A stretch of DNA of 64,000 bases from Octopus vulgaris (GCA_951406725.2 OX597830.1:49786001-49850000); one strand, 5' to 3'. Shown: positions 25,126-39,630, counted from the stretch's first letter. Notes: generated from the sequence alone by a model not told the origin. Translations and numbers: made by a program.

Positions 25126-26299
25126 TTTTGTTTCTTATTGTTTCTTCTATAGATTCTGCATTTTTGAAAACAAACCACAGTTATCAAACCTCTACCATCT
25201 CACCCGTTTTTCCCGTCCCCATAACTGATCCCGCACTTAACACTTCACCCTATTCTTCTCCACATAACTAAAAGCTTCTAGGATCTCCACGTACATATGT
25301 CATCGCTACTGAAATTCAAGTAAAACATCTATGATAGCAGTCACACTATTTTAGAAGACAATGGGTTCTGTTCCTCATTACCTAATTATCTTGCATTAGA
25401 AAACAATGGCTGGGGGGCAATACGCTTTCCTAAAGACATAGGTGTTAGAGGCTTTGTCGAAATCAGGCTTCACTCAATACTTAGATGTCTTGAAAAAATA
25501 TCAGAAAATTATTAGATATCTCTGTGAAAGTAACCCATTACTTTTGGCCCAAGATAAAGGACAAACAATTCAGCAAGAATGAATTTTGGAAATGGTAGAG
25601 ACATTTGACCCAATGGATAACGTATGACTCGACAAAGCTTGTGTTGTTGTGTTGAAAAAGACACATGAAGAGCTGCTTCACAGCCTGATGAGACAGCTAG
25701 TCCTGCATTCGGAGACAAGGTACAGTAGCATGCTCAGGATGCAAGCGTTATAAATGTCTATGATATTAAAATAACAAAATGAATTTCGTGATGCATACCC
25801 GGCAGTTGACAATACAGTAACATGAGACACCAATGCTAAGTCAGAATAAACTATTAAATATGTGATTAGTCCAGGTTTGAACAAATACCTTATGATTTAA
25901 GCTAATTAAAAGCACAATTAACATAATTAAAAAATCTATTTAAGAAAGAAATGTTAATTGAATGTAAATATTTTCCGAAACTGTTAATTTCCGTTCTGTT
26001 AAATAGCGGCATCGATGATCCCTCCGCTGGTTTTGATGATGAGCATCCGCCGGTGAAATGAACTGGATTCTTTCTCGGGAAATTTTAATTGATTGAGTAT
26101 TCTATGAACATTTGTAGCCATGATACTTGAATTAGATATACTCTCAAGACGGAAACAGATGAAAAGACTGAGTACTGACGATGAACTAGCAGAACAGTTA
26201 AATTTCTGAGGTCAACTTTGCCATTCATCTTTCTAGGATCGATAAAATAGCTAAACCGCATCGTATTCCGTATTTTCTTGAATAATAGTCGACAAAGAC

Positions 26300-26705
26300 A
26301 CAGGTGTGGTTGTGTGGTAAGAATCTTGATTGCCAACCACATGGTTCCGGTTTCAGTCTCACTGCGTTGCATCTTGGGCAAGTGTCTTCTACTATAGCCT
26401 CGGGACGACCAAAGACTTTTGAGTGAATTTGGTAGACGGAAACTGAAAAAGGACCGTCGTATATAAATATATGTGTGTGTGTGTGTTTGTGTGTTTGTGT
26501 GTTTGCCCCCACCCACCACTACTTGACAACCGGTGCTGGTGTGTCTACGTCCTCGTAACTTAGCGGTTCAGCAAAAGAGAACGATAGAATAAGTACTAGG
26601 CTTACGAAATAAGTCCTAGGATCGATTGGTTCGACTAAAAAACTCTTCAAGGCTGTGCTCCAGCATAGCCGCTCTCAAATGACTGAAACAAGTAAAAGAT
26701 TAAAG
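26300..26705 (+). mobile_element. SINE family A
   Basis: Aligns end to end with 52471-52890. Confidence 0.9.
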
Positions 26706-26789
26706 GAGTAATATATATTGTAAATATTTAAACAACATTTTTTTGCATCTTGCATTTCGCAGAGAACTTTTGATCTTGTTAAGTCATCT

Positions 26790-26882
26790 TGGTGTATAAG
26801 TCGACCAGTCATTTTTTTTTCTTTTTTTTTTACTGTAAATTTTGGTCTATAAAATTCGACCTGTTTGCCGAAAAATACGGTG
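26790..26882. mobile_element. Possible pogo/Tc1-type terminal inverted repeat remnant
   Basis: GGTGTATAAGTCGAC...GCCGAAAAATACGGT. No partner end found. Confidence 0.35.
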
Positions 26883-26929
26883 ATTTAGTTTTATTATAAC
26901 CAGGTTCCAACGCGGACCGCGGCAAAAAA

Positions 26930-27300
26930 GTCTACCCACTACACTTCTCGGTCCATCATCGTTCCCTCGATGTGCTGGTTATATTCCTGGCCAGTGTCTG
27001 CAATCAAGTTGTCGATATAAGTATGACGATGTTTTCCTCTTCTTACGTGACCATGAAGTGGGTTCCATGACTAATTTGGATGCTTTCCGTTCAAGGTTGC
27101 GCACACAGTGACCACATAGTTGCAGCCGCCTTTGCTTGATCTCGTTAACTTTCAGCAGGCCTCCATAAAGGTCTTCACTTCTCATGTGTTGCTTCCATTT
27201 CACATTTAGGGCCATTCATAGCATCTTTGTGTGGTATCCATTTATCCTGTTTGATAATTTCTTTGTCAGTATCTATGTTTCACTGCCATATAACAGCACA
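26930..27300 (-). pseudogene. RTE-type LINE ORF2 C-terminal relic
   Basis: LLYGSET...MALNVKWKQHMRSEDLYGGL...RRLQLCGHCVR with stop codons. Confidence 0.8.
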
Positions 27301-27665
27301 GTGCTATTAAAATACAGTAAATAATGCAATGGTTGTCATTAAAGACAGCACAAATGAGAGAACCTATATAGTTGATCCTATAAGTACCGTCCGGAAGCGA
27401 AAAAAAGAGTTGCTACTGTCATCGTTATTTGAACTCGCATCGACAGGATATTTTTAAGGTACATAAACAAGTAATATAACTATGATTCATTCTCCGCCTT
27501 CAGTAAAAACGAAAACAAAAATCAGTTGAGTTTATATATTTACAAATGATTTATAATTACTCTTCGTAAAATAAACAAAATAATAATTGTTATTTTTTCT
27601 TTAATTAAAACTTGACGACAATTATAAATCAGTACTTCACTATTGTAAGAAAATAATATTTGTAG

Positions 27666-27722
<57 letters not shown>

Positions 27723-28173
27723 GCATACAAACACACACACACGCACACACACATGTATATATACATGTATACAAACATACAAGGAAAAGTTTGACATTTA
27801 TGGTATATATATGTATATGTGGGTGTGCGTGTTGATATTTGTATGTATATATGTGTGCTTGTGTGTGGATTTGTGTATGTATCATGTATATTTGCGTGTG
27901 AGATTTGTAAGAGGGAGTGTGTATATGAGATGGAGAGAGAGGGAGAGAAAGAAAGAATTCGAATGAAGTAATGAAAAAGAGGAGAGAACCGAAGAAAGCA
28001 CAGAAGTGATTAAAGACACCTTGAAGTTATACTAGTCTGACGAGGAAAAATGGCAATGTCTCCGTTGCTCACACTGACACTCTTACTCAACCACCACTCC
28101 TTCACAGCTTTCATTCTCGTTCTTGACTCAGTCACGAGATTTCTTTTTTGTTTTTCCTTTTCCCTCCTCACAG

Positions 28174-28244
<71 letters not shown>

Positions 28245-29589
28245 ATCTATATCCATATATATATATATATATAATGGGTTTCCATATATTACGTTTACAA
28301 TTTGATACAATAAATTGTGTAAGTTATAAAGATAATTTATGAATATTCTGTATATGAGAATGGTCAGCACCAAAGATACGTAATTCTATTTTATTTGTCT
28401 TCGTTGGCATGCTTCACACATAAAATTCTGTTCGAGTTAAAGTATTTCCACTTGTCCGTCTGAAACCTCTGCATGGCAATGAATATTTTAGAGTTACTCG
28501 ATGTACAGTCATGACTACAATCATGTAACGGGGAATTTTATTTATCTAAATGTTGTTGTTGTTGAAGCAAATAAAGAAAACTTCTGAACGAAACGAGAAG
28601 CTATGTTTAATCATGAATCAGTAAAAACTATTGAAAACAGTACTAACTTTGTTTGTAGTTTAAAGCTAAACATGGCGCTATAATAGGTATATGAAATGGT
28701 CAGATTCTGTTAGATCCGTGAATCTTCACAGCGCAAAACTTAAAGACCACAGTCTTATATAACAAGATAACGAGGGTTCCTTCGAAGAGCGCTTGATTTT
28801 TGAGAAATAGCAGCCAAGACTTTTACTTAAATCACTCCAAATCCTCTTAAAATAGGCAGGACAAACCAGATCAGGCAATCCAGGTTTTTAGTCCCTTTGG
28901 TTACGGCGTGAACGCTCTGATCATTGTTCTTTTCAGTCAAGTGGTTTAACTCTGAACAACAACGATTCAGTATTCCATAATATTTCGGTAAATACAAAAG
29001 TCACTTCCGGTGGAAAATATCTTCCATTTGAAACCACATCTTGCAGATTATTTCATTTATCCTTATATTCTGGAATGGAAAATTCTGAGGTGAATCGGTT
29101 TTCGTAAAATGATCCTAATGAAATCATCGTATTCCAACACAAAAGCCAAAATTCTGTCTTTATTGCTACTTCATATTGGCGACATAATCTATCATTTGGT
29201 AGCCTAGAGGTCTCTCTTCTAATTCTATTTGGCAATTATGCTCCTCATAATTTGATATTTGTGAAAACAAGTCTTATTTATGCTTCAAGTAACAGATGGA
29301 AAGCTTGTCATAACAGCCATCTCGAATCTTCAATCAATTCAGTCAAGGAATCTTCATCTTTGGTTCAAGATTAGTTCATCTGAAGAATTTCGAATTCGTT
29401 CTGCTTCTTCTTTTTATTTATTCTTATTTTTTATAGTTAATTTTGGCTTCTAATGTTTGAAACAGAAGATCAAAAATGACTAACACGTATATTAGAATAA
29501 ATGAGCCTCCAATAATACTATATTTGTTTCACGTCCTCGCGTTGTTGTGTTTTTTTGTGTTTTCTTGTTTGGATTAACTTTATATATAT

Positions 29590-29646
<57 letters not shown>

Positions 29647-29869
29647 CATACATATATATATATATGTATACATACATATATATATATATATGTATACATA
29701 CATACATATATATATATATGTATACATACATACATACATATATATATATGTATACATACATACATACATATATATATGTATACATACATACATACATATA
29801 TATATGTATACATACATACATACATATATATATATATATGTATACATAAATACATATATATATATATGT

Positions 29870-29912
<43 letters not shown>

Positions 29913-30380
29913 ACACATATCCTCGTGTGCATGCTATTCAGTTTTGATCTTTATATATATATGAAAGAGAGAGACAGTGTGTGTGTGTGTGCGTGTGTCT
30001 GTGTGAGAGAGACAATGATAGTACAGTTCAAGGAGTGGAATAAAATAAGACCTTACAGTAATCTACTTGTAAATGTGTGGCTTCCAGACCAAGTTTGTCC
30101 TTAATTTCATCTTTTGCTGTAGTAACTCAATGAAGTCTTGCTATGTTCATAATCTTTCAAGTATTGGAGAAATGATTCGGGTTACTTTTAAAGAACTCTG
30201 CAGGCAAACACACATTCACAATGATATTAACCAGATTTTCATTAAACAGGTAAAGTGGCGTGCTTGCGATGTAATCCAATTCTTCCGAATTATTGTAGAA
30301 TACTAAACAAACAAAGAAATCTTGAGTAAACATTACCAATGACAGAAAGTGCAATATGTTACGTTCATACACATACATAA

Positions 30381-30434
<54 letters not shown>

Positions 30435-30814
30435 GTACAGATAGATACATACATACATATGTAATACATATGTATATACATATGTATATTTATATGTATA
30501 TGTTTATGTATAAATATGTATATATGTGTGTGTGTGTATGTGTGTGTATAACCACACATATTGACAGCCTTAGCGCATACACAATTTGTTATTGATAGGA
30601 GAAATGAAGATGTTATTTACTAACACGAAAGGTGATCGCAAAAATTTAAGATATCAAATACGGCATCCATTTTGAAATGGGAATTCTTTAATATATTCGG
30701 GATCCATGAAGGATGTATATTGAAGTTTTCAATAAAATGGAACGCAGATGGATTTAATTATAACAATTGATGATTGTCTCTTGGTCTATGATTTAGAATA
30801 TGAAATAACAACGA

Positions 30815-30876
<62 letters not shown>

Positions 30877-30879
<3 letters not shown>

Positions 30880-32010
30880 TATTTATATATGGATGACCTA
30901 AAACTATACGCTACAAATGATAAACAGCTGGAAACACTACTACAGACAGTATATGGATTTACCAAAGAAATAGATATGAAATTTGGCTTAGAAAAATTGC
31001 CAAAGCAACCTTGGAAAGAGAAAAACTGATTAAGAGTAGCAACATCACACTAGATAAAGCCAATGAAATAAGAGAATTAGATCAAAGCCAAACACACAAA
31101 TATTTAGGAATCAATGAACTAGATACGATACAGAACACACAAATGAAAGGGAAAATAAAGAATGAATACAATAGACGAGTTAGATCAATACTGAAAACAG
31201 AGCTCAATGCTAAAAACAAACATGGAAGGAAAAAACGTAGGGTCAGTTTGCAAGAGATGTGAACGCCGAGACGGATACAGAGGACCGGTGATTATGGATG
31301 AGGAGGAGTGACCTGAATATAGAGACAGAAGCACTCATATGCGCAGCTCAGGAACAAGCGTTAAGGACCAACTATATGAAGTGCGGTATAGACAACACAA
31401 CCGATAGTGACAAATGCAGAATGTGTGGTGAGAGGAGTGAAATGGTAGGGTACATTGGTAGTGAATGCCCGAAATTGGCACAACTCGAATTCAAAAGGCG
31501 CCATAACAATGTGGCAAAAATGATCTATTGGGAGCTCTGTAGAAATCGAGGCCTACAAAGAGCAAAGACATGGTATGAGCAAACTCCAGAAGCAGTCATC
31601 GGAAATGAGAACTGCAAAATCCTGTGGGATGCAATGATCCAGTGTGATCACCCGACTAGATATCGGAAACCGGACACTGTTTTTTATGAAAAAAAAAGCC
31701 CACGTATGTTAATCGATATAGCAAAGATATTAAATAAGTCGAGGAATAACGGGACGGAAATCTAGAGATGAAGATATCATGGAAGACTAAAATGACAATT
31801 GCTCCTGTGGCAATTGGTGCTTCTAGCATAACATCCAAACTGTTACCTAAGAGACTCAAGGATATTGGATTTGAGACACGCTGTACCGAGTCGCGACAAT
31901 GTGCAATCCTGTATTCTTCAAGGATCCTAAAGAAGGTTTTTAAGAGTTTGAGAAGACTTGTCACCAAACCTCAGGGTAACATTGATACCAATTTAATTAT
32001 CATGTAATAA
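30877..32010 (+). pseudogene. 5'-truncated R4/Dong-like non-LTR retrotransposon (RT plus restriction-like endonuclease), frameshifted and internally deleted
   Basis: YMDDLKLY, MKFGLEK, KYLGI, CRMCG...C...KRRHNNVA, ILWD...KPD...IDIA. Begins directly after (ATA)n at 30816-30876. Confidence 0.88.
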
Positions 32011-32017
32011 TGGGTCT

Positions 32018-32220
32018 CAAATTTTGGCTCAAGGCCAGCAAGTTTAGAGGTGGGTAAGTTGATTACATTGACCTCAGTATTCAACTGTTACTTATTTTAT
32101 CGACCCCCGAGATGATAAAAAGCAAAGTCGACCTCAGCAGCATTTGAACACAGTAGGACTGACGAAATGCCACTAAGCATTTTGCCCAGTGCGGTTACGA
32201 TTCTGCCAGCTCGCCGCCTT
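32018..32220 (-). mobile_element. SINE family B
   Basis: Ends on + as TTCTGCCAGCTCGCCGCC, the reverse complement of the family head. Confidence 0.85.
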
Positions 32221-32529
32221 AAATTAGCATCTAATAATATTTGAGAAATAAAGTTATGTAAAAATATGTGTTATAGTTTCGGGTTTCCGTTACATAAGTG
32301 TTTGGTATGATAGCATTAGATGTTTCTTGTATAACAGTATATGCTGTAGTATCAGGTGTCTGCTATGTAACAGCATGTGATGTATTACCAGGTGTTACAT
32401 AACAACGTATTATCGTGTTGTTGGACTAACATTCCATCGATACCTTTTTTTCATCGTCGTTGTCAGCATTAACTCGAATAGAGGTAGTTAATATCTAGCG
32501 AGTGATTACGCCCCTTTATTCTAACAGAT

Positions 32530-32890
32530 GCGAAGGGTGCCGGTACCTGAGGTGGCTGTTCAGGCCAAGGGTTGTTTAAAAGAGCCAGGGGCATTATTGC
32601 AAGTAGAAGTTTGCTGAGGACGAGGAGGTGCGAGTCACTCTTTGTGTCTTCGACGTCTGATCTCTGCCTCTTGACGTTTGTTACTTTTCATCCAGTCCTT
32701 TCCTTTTATGTTGACACACCGCCACTTTGGCTGGTCCTCGGCGATTGTCTTCAGGTATTTGGATCAATGAAGCAGCGGAGGAGAGTTGCCTTGAGCTGGT
32801 CTCGGAAACAAAATTTGAAGGCTCCGATTGGTTTGGTCTGGTCATCAGTACCACTATTAACGGGATGAGATCGTATCTGACATCGGGCTC
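32530..32890 (-). pseudogene. RTE/BovB-like LINE 3' relic
   Basis: KPIGAFKFCFRDQLKATL..IDPNT*, then a frameshift to TIAEDQPKWR and a terminal GLNSHLRYRH. Confidence 0.75.
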
Positions 32891-34652
32891 AAAATAGACC
32901 TCAGTGTAGATAAGATGGTTTTTATTATTTATTTATTTTTTTGTTGGCGTATTAGATGTGCTACATCAACTATCGTATTCATTATAGTCAACTGTGGGAA
33001 AAAGATGGATTTTGCTTTTACAATGTTGGACAATGGCTGGAAGGAAAATAGAATGTACTTTCCATGATTAAGTGAATCTCATTCAATGCAGGAAGATTCT
33101 TTCTAATGTAAGTACTTAATTCTAGTCATATTGCTTCTGTACATATTGATTTCCTTCATATTGGAGACGCCAGAGACTAAGAACTTAGAGCGTTTATGGT
33201 GTATTTGTTAGCCGACATTTTACCTGAGTTTCGTTGATCGAATCTGTGATGAAGTTCGTAGCGTAAGTTCGTTGTCGATGTTTCACTTACAAGCATTTAC
33301 AAACGTTGGTCATATTAAATAAAATCATAAAAGAAATATGCACTGTGTGTGTGTATGTGTGTCTGAGAGAGAGAAAGGAAGTTGTGTTATTAAACATGCG
33401 ACTGTATGAAGACCTGTTTTTAACCCTAGATCGGCCTTCATCGAGCTGACTTATGCTTGAAGTCATCCTTAAGACGTTTTTCTAATGTATTTTTTTAAAT
33501 TTTACAGTGTGAAGGATGTAATTTGAGGGAGACGTGGCTGCTACTTCTAGCCAGCCAATTTGAGGCCACCACGTGGTATGAATGGAGTGAGTAGACAGAG
33601 ATGTTAAAAAAAACTGTATTATCATTTATTAACAAAAAAAACGCTAAAGCTTGGATAAAGAATCATCTCGAAAGATTCCTTCCGTTGTTTTAGCAAGAAT
33701 TCAAGAAAATAGACTCCAAATATATGCAAACGTTTTCAAACTAAATTCTTTAAGAAATAAACAAAAATCGATAATTTGCTATTTTTTTGTTTAGAATTCA
33801 GTCAATTATAGTCGATAACAGATTCCTTTTAAGACTAAAAGACTTATTGTAGTTTCTTTCTTGTATGTTGTAGAAACATATTAAGTGCAACATAGTCTCT
33901 AGTTATTACGCCACCTACTTCCAAATCGGAATCTAAAGTTGCTTCCTCTTGTTTGCTGATGCAGTTGTTGTGCTTGTTGTTTTCTATGCGGAATAAATTT
34001 AGTCTTGTTGAAGTAATTTCTTTAATAGAAAGTAGATGGTTAAACAAAAGGAATCAAATACAAGAAACACATTTCGTTCGATAAATTTAAAATAAGTATT
34101 TTGATGTTGTTGTTTAGTTCAATTACATATTATTGAATAAGCATTGATAGTGACTTTACTGGCGCTGTTGTTGTTGTTGCTGTTCTTGCTCTTGATGATG
34201 ATGATGACGACGACGACGATGATAATAATGTCCAAATCAAGTATAATCGAGCAAGCCGATGGCTTGACATGTAGCCAGTCGACTAAACGTCGAGATACGG
34301 CTCACGGGCTTTTTTCTCACGGGTGCATCATGCTTCCATCTGATTGGGTGCAAAGCTATACCCTCCGACAAGCATTGCTAAATAGTGTGGAGTGAAAAAA
34401 CAACTTGTACACGACTCAACTTCTTTCCTGACCAGACTATTTCTATATAGCTCACGATTCTGGTAGTGACCGCAATGACAAATGAAGCAGTTTACATCAA
34501 AGTGTGGTAATTAGTGTTACCCTGCTCATCTTTTGGGACTTTATGATTCTTGATCAGGACAGTGAATCGGCAGAATCGTTAAACCATTTGTTTCAGTTCT
34601 TTATGTTGTGAGTTAAAATCCTTCCGAAAGAATCTTTGCTTTTCTTCTTTTA

Positions 34653-35035
34653 TCTCTCTCTATATAAACGGCAGTTTGTCTGTGCGTTTTCTGTGTGTCT
34701 GTTTTCTCGTACCCTCACTCTAACCACGGCTTTCAACCGATTCTGATGAAACTTGACACACACATAGCCCAATGTCATAATTCAAAACTAACGCAGCGAA
34801 AATTTTGAAAAGTTCCTCCAGTTCTGAAAAAAATCGATAAATTCGACATGGGGTCGAGAATTAGAAACCCAAACCACAGACCGTCTAGGGGACGCAACTC
34901 CACCTTTTTTAACTTTCAAAAAAATTTACCATCATTTTTTTTCCATTTTTTTGCTATTTTTTGGCTATAACTCTCTAAAAATGCTTTATAGTTATTTCCC
35001 TTACAAACCTGAGCAACGCCGGGCGATACTGCTAG
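34653..35035 (+). mobile_element. Non-autonomous Helitron inserted in a family B SINE
   Basis: 5' TC and 3' CTAG between A and T, subterminal hairpin CCTGAGCAACGCCGGG, no TSD. The 3' end is shared with 47663-48059. Confidence 0.85.
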
Positions 35036-35173
35036 TTGATAGATAAAATAAACTACCAGTCAAATACTCAGGGTGATGATATCGATGAACCTCCTCTCTT
35101 GTAACACTGTACTTAAATTAGAAACAAGTAATGATACTAAATGTTGCAGCAGCTAAAATCTGATAAATTATTT

Positions 35174-35573
35174 AGGAGTGGCTTTGTGATAAGTAGCATG
35201 CTTACCAACCACATGGTTCCGAGTTCAGTCCCACTGTGTGGCACCTTGGGCAAGTGTCTTCTACTAAAGCCTCGGACCGACCAAAGCCTTGTGAGTGGAT
35301 TTGGTTGACGGAAACTGAAAGAAGCCCGTCGTATATATGTATATGCATATATATATATGTGTGTGTGTGTTTGTGTGTCTGTGTTTGTCCCCCCAACATC
35401 GCTTGATAACCGATGCTAGTGTGTTTACTTCCCCGTAACTTAGCGGTTCGGCAAAAGGGACCGATAGAATAAGTACTAGGCTTACAAAGAATAAGTCCTA
35501 TGGTCGATTTGCTCGACTAAAGGCGGTGCTCCAGCATGGCCGCAGTCAAATGACTGAAACAAGTAAAAGAGTA
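35174..35573 (+). mobile_element. SINE family A
   Basis: Aligns with 52471-52890. Confidence 0.92.
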
Positions 35574-35741
35574 GAAGTTTACAGACCTTATAAGTGTGAT
35601 AGTTCAAACAGGCTGTCGTCGTCGTCCTTATTTTCATTGTTGTGGCCAGCGTTTGTTCATATTTTTAAAACTCCGAGTCAGTTCTGAACCTGCTGATATA
35701 TATGATCGAATTCATTGTAGTCGGGATATAGTCTATTATTG

Positions 35742-36265
35742 AGGCGAAGAGCAGGAAGAATCGTTACTGTCCAGGACAAAAATGCTTAGCGCCATTTCGT
35801 CCGTCCTTACATTCTGTGTTCGAATTCCGACGAGGTCGACTTTACCTTTCATTCTTTCGGATTTGATTAAACAAAATAAGCACGAATTGAGCGCTGGGTC
35901 GATGTATTCGACATACCCTCCGAAATCCCAGGCTTTTTGCCAAAATTTGAAACCAATTCTACAATGGAACGGGACAGCGAGCTGGCAGAATCGTTAGGCA
36001 AAGTCGACCTCGGCATGCTATCTATTCTGCCAGCTCCTTGCCTTTCTATGACAAAAAATTATCATTTCTACTCTAAGTGCAAGACCTGAATTTTGTGGGG
36101 AAGGAACCAATCCCTTAAATCGACCTCAGTACGCAACTGATATTTAATTTGCCTACCCCGATTGTATGAAAGGCAAAGTCGACCTCGGCGGAATTTGAAC
36201 TCAGAACGTAAAGACTGGTTAACATTTTGCCCGGCGTGCTATCGATTCTGCCAGCTCGTCGCCTT
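35742..36265. mobile_element. Cluster of family B SINEs (+ copy 35742-35958, small inverted chimera 35972-36045, - copy 36070-36265)
   Basis: Family head and core motifs present on both strands. Confidence 0.78.
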
Positions 36266-36730
36266 TGTATGACAAAAATTAATAAAAAATCTTCTGTTGC
36301 AGCTGGTTACAAACCATTTTCTAACCTAGAACAAGATATTCCGTTTCGATTAATATTTATTCGAATTCTGTTTTGTTTTTCTCAAATTTTTGCAGTTAAT
36401 AATGGATCTATTTTAGTATGGAAAATCCTCCCACCAGTTATAATCTTGGTTATCCTCATGCTAGTAGCACCATTCATTTGCATAAGCGTTTTTCGTAATG
36501 ACATAGAATTAACAAAAATATCTTAATAATAAAACAGCAAACTATTTTTATGTACCATCTATTAGCATAAGGTCTTCATTAACTTCCCATTAAAATAATG
36601 TCATTAATGATCCCTGTATTTTGACAACACGAATTTAGAAAATATTCCTTTCTATCGATTAATTAGCATGGATTATTCAACTGTTACAGTAGTTAATGTA
36701 TATTTTCATTTACTTCGACTGTATCTTATT

Positions 36731-36893
36731 GGTAATGTTGTCTATACCGCACTTCATATAATTAGCCCTTAACGCTTGTTCCTGAGCTGCGCATACTCAT
36801 ATGAGTGCTTCTGTATCTATATTCGAGTCACTCCTCCTCATCCATAATCACCGGTCCTCTGTATCCGTCTCGGCGTTCACATCTCTTGCAAAT
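36731..36893 (-). repeat. Inverted copy of an internal segment (~31244-31397) of the R4-like relic, with 13-bp flanking direct repeat
   Basis: Reverse-complement match. ACTGTATCTTATT at 36718-36730 and 36894-36906. Confidence 0.9.
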
Positions 36894-37129
36894 ACTGTAT
36901 CTTATTAAAAATAAGTTGCTATTTTTAGATGGGGTACACATTATGATTATTGACAAAGAGGGTATACCCAATGAGGGGTGTATGTACAATCAGGGATGTA
37001 TATCAGGTGAGGGGAGCATACCTAGTCAGTGATATATGATCAATTAAACTATGATAATGTTCGCTTCTTCCCACACCTGTGAACTGTGAACTTTAGCTTA
37101 TTACAGTTACATTCCTCGTAGCCTATTTA

Positions 37130-38390
37130 CAAACATCTTCCGACAGTATGGAAGGAAGCATTTCTGGTAAAGTAAAATACTGGAAAGTTGTCAATAGACA
37201 AGGCAATATTTTTGAATGGAAAAGTATTTCGTGAAAATGAAACACTGTGATAGCAATTATTTGCAAAACACCAAGCTTTTCTGCCATAATTGCTCAAACG
37301 ACAGACATTTAAGTCACCCACATTCAGCAATAGAGATACATTAATTTGAATAAGTATGATGTCGTGGATATAATTTTATAGAGAGCAAGTGCTGAATATG
37401 AAACGGTCTTTTAATCTTTACAATCCTGTCAAATCTTCGTTGCGATGAAGAAATATTTCTCTGGAAGATATTAGATTCACAAGTTGTAATTGTTATTCTA
37501 TGATGGACGCTAAAGTAGATTACAAAAAGCGATTGGAAGAGATTGTGTCATATGTGTTCATTACGTGAAACATTTGTCAATATCTTCATTCTTTGAATTA
37601 ATCAGGCTGTCAACTGTTTTGTCCTATTATTCAAAGACTTTCAAAGATTTCACCTCTTTTCTCGCTGTTATATCAAACGACACACTTTTTAAAGAAACGG
37701 TTGCAACAATTTGCCATGAAATACCAAAACTTGTACAAACTTGGTGCTTTTCATGAGAAGCAGTTACAACAGTTGTATTATAGAGAACTTGATGCATCTG
37801 TATTTCCAAAGTTAATCGAGAGTTGACAACGTTGATAGCACCAGGATAATTTCTGTTACATTAAGCAATTGTGGAATCAAATACACACACTTTTACTTTC
37901 AGTGGGAATCTTTAATAAATATTTCCGGTTACATGTTCTCTGTTTCATGGAACCAGAATGAAATCTTTATATCCAAGATTTCAAACTGATTGCTTGAATT
38001 TTCTCGTGGAACTTAGTATTCAAATCGGAATGAGGTTTTGCTTAAGCCAAGACGTAATTATTGTAAAACTAAAGGTATCAAGCACAAAGGTGACTTCTTG
38101 TTGCAATATATTTTCTCTGTCTAACGTCCTGTTAGTATTTCATTTCCTATCCATAGAACCAGAAAACAGTATAAATTAACTTGATGATTAATGAAGAAAT
38201 TATTGCTTAACAGTAGACAATTTGCAGAAAATATTCTTGCGTTTAGGCACAACTTAAAAGATAAAACTGATAGACATTTTAATTAAAAATGTAATTTGTT
38301 TTAGGAGTTTTTGATTAATTTGATGGTTTTTCATTTGTCAGCGTTGAAAGACTATTCACACTAAGGAACTGTGTCTAGAAATGGAAAATC
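37130..38390 (+). pseudogene. Highly decayed hAT-like transposase
   Basis: CLNFLVELSIQIGMRF (ORF 37958-38179) and SVERLFT near 38340, resembling the hAT dimerisation motif S..ER.FS. Boundaries are approximate. Confidence 0.55.
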
Positions 38391-38625
38391 AATTCTTTAA
38401 GAGCAGAGACTGCGAAATACAGAGTGGGGCAGAGAGGAGGGACGTTTTTGAAATGGCTATTACTCAGTCGCAGGAATAGGGACATATGTCCGACAGGTAC
38501 CGTGGCGGTCCATGGTGTCTTAGCATTTTCCTTTTATTTTCAGGTAAAGTCACACAAATATAGAGAGTTATAGTGGTTCTTCCATAGATCTATAGTAGAT
38601 CTTAAGTATACTGATAGTACTGATA

Positions 38626-38857
38626 GGGCGGCGAGCTGGCAGAAACGTTAGCACGCCGGGCGAAATGCGTAGCCGCATTTTTTCTGTCTGTACGTTCCAA
38701 GTTCAAATTCCGCCGAGGTCGACTTTGCCTTTCATCCTTTCGGGGTCGATAAATTAAGTACCAGTTACGCACTGGGGTCGATGTAATCGACTTAATCCCT
38801 TTGTCTGTCCTTGTTTTTCCCCTCTGTGTTTAGCCCCTTGTGGGCAGTAAAGAAATA
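38626..38857 (+). mobile_element. Full-length young SINE family B
   Basis: Head GGCGGCGAGCTGGCAGAA, tail GCCCCTTGTGGGCAGTAAAGAAAT, TSD TATACTGATAGTACT (38607-38621 / 38858-38872). Confidence 0.93.
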
Positions 38858-39630
38858 TATACTGATAGTACTTCCATGCATTTATAATGGATCCCTGGTA
38901 CATCCTAAGTCTCACTTACTCGAAAAATTATTTCCAACAATTGAGGGAATGTAGAAAGCAATGCTATGTCAAAGAATACTGGAAAAGCCAGCAATTGATT
39001 CAGACATTGGATCTACACGCTGATTTCTTTATTCGTTCGCTTTTCACATTTCTTCAATAACTGGAATTTGTAATATTTTTGATTAATTGTTTTGTAATCA
39101 CCATGTTGATAACAATTACCTCCATATTACTGCTGCTTTGGCTGCTGCTGCTGCTGCACACATATCAATTTCTAACATAAGCATGATATCGAAAATGCTT
39201 TAGTGAGAATCACTTAATCGATCAAGCTGATTAAATGCATCCCAGTTCTTCACTGTCATTATATTTTATCGATCACAGAATTAATAAACGGCAAACTGGA
39301 CCCAGCGGGATTTGAACTCCGAGCACAAAGTACAGTCCCTAAATACCACTCTGACAAATATGCCACCTCACTGATGTGATGCTGTATAGATATATTAATT
39401 ACTTTACATAATTATATTAGCTTAAAATGCTTTTAAAACTAATACAATGGGATTACGCTGGGGATTAGTAACATGTACAGATTCTCATTGGAATTGGTCA
39501 ACAATATCCAATCAATTAGAAATTAATCACATTTATACATTCACATATAAATGTATACATATATATATATGCATGTATATGCATACCTGCACACATATAT
39601 ATATATACAAAACAACAATACACATATACT

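Noticed and set aside
25685-25710. CTGATGA-GAC-AGCTA-GTC
   Set aside because: Stem II-like hairpin but no GAAA box.
28990-29400. Possible piggyBac-like relic (IKTEFWLLC)
   Set aside because: A single short motif is insufficient.
32988-33112. Possible + strand exon ending at GTAAGT
   Set aside because: Stop codons in all three frames.
38418-38470. TA-CAGAGTGGGGCAGA as a Tc1/mariner terminal repeat
   Set aside because: No matching opposite end found in the window.
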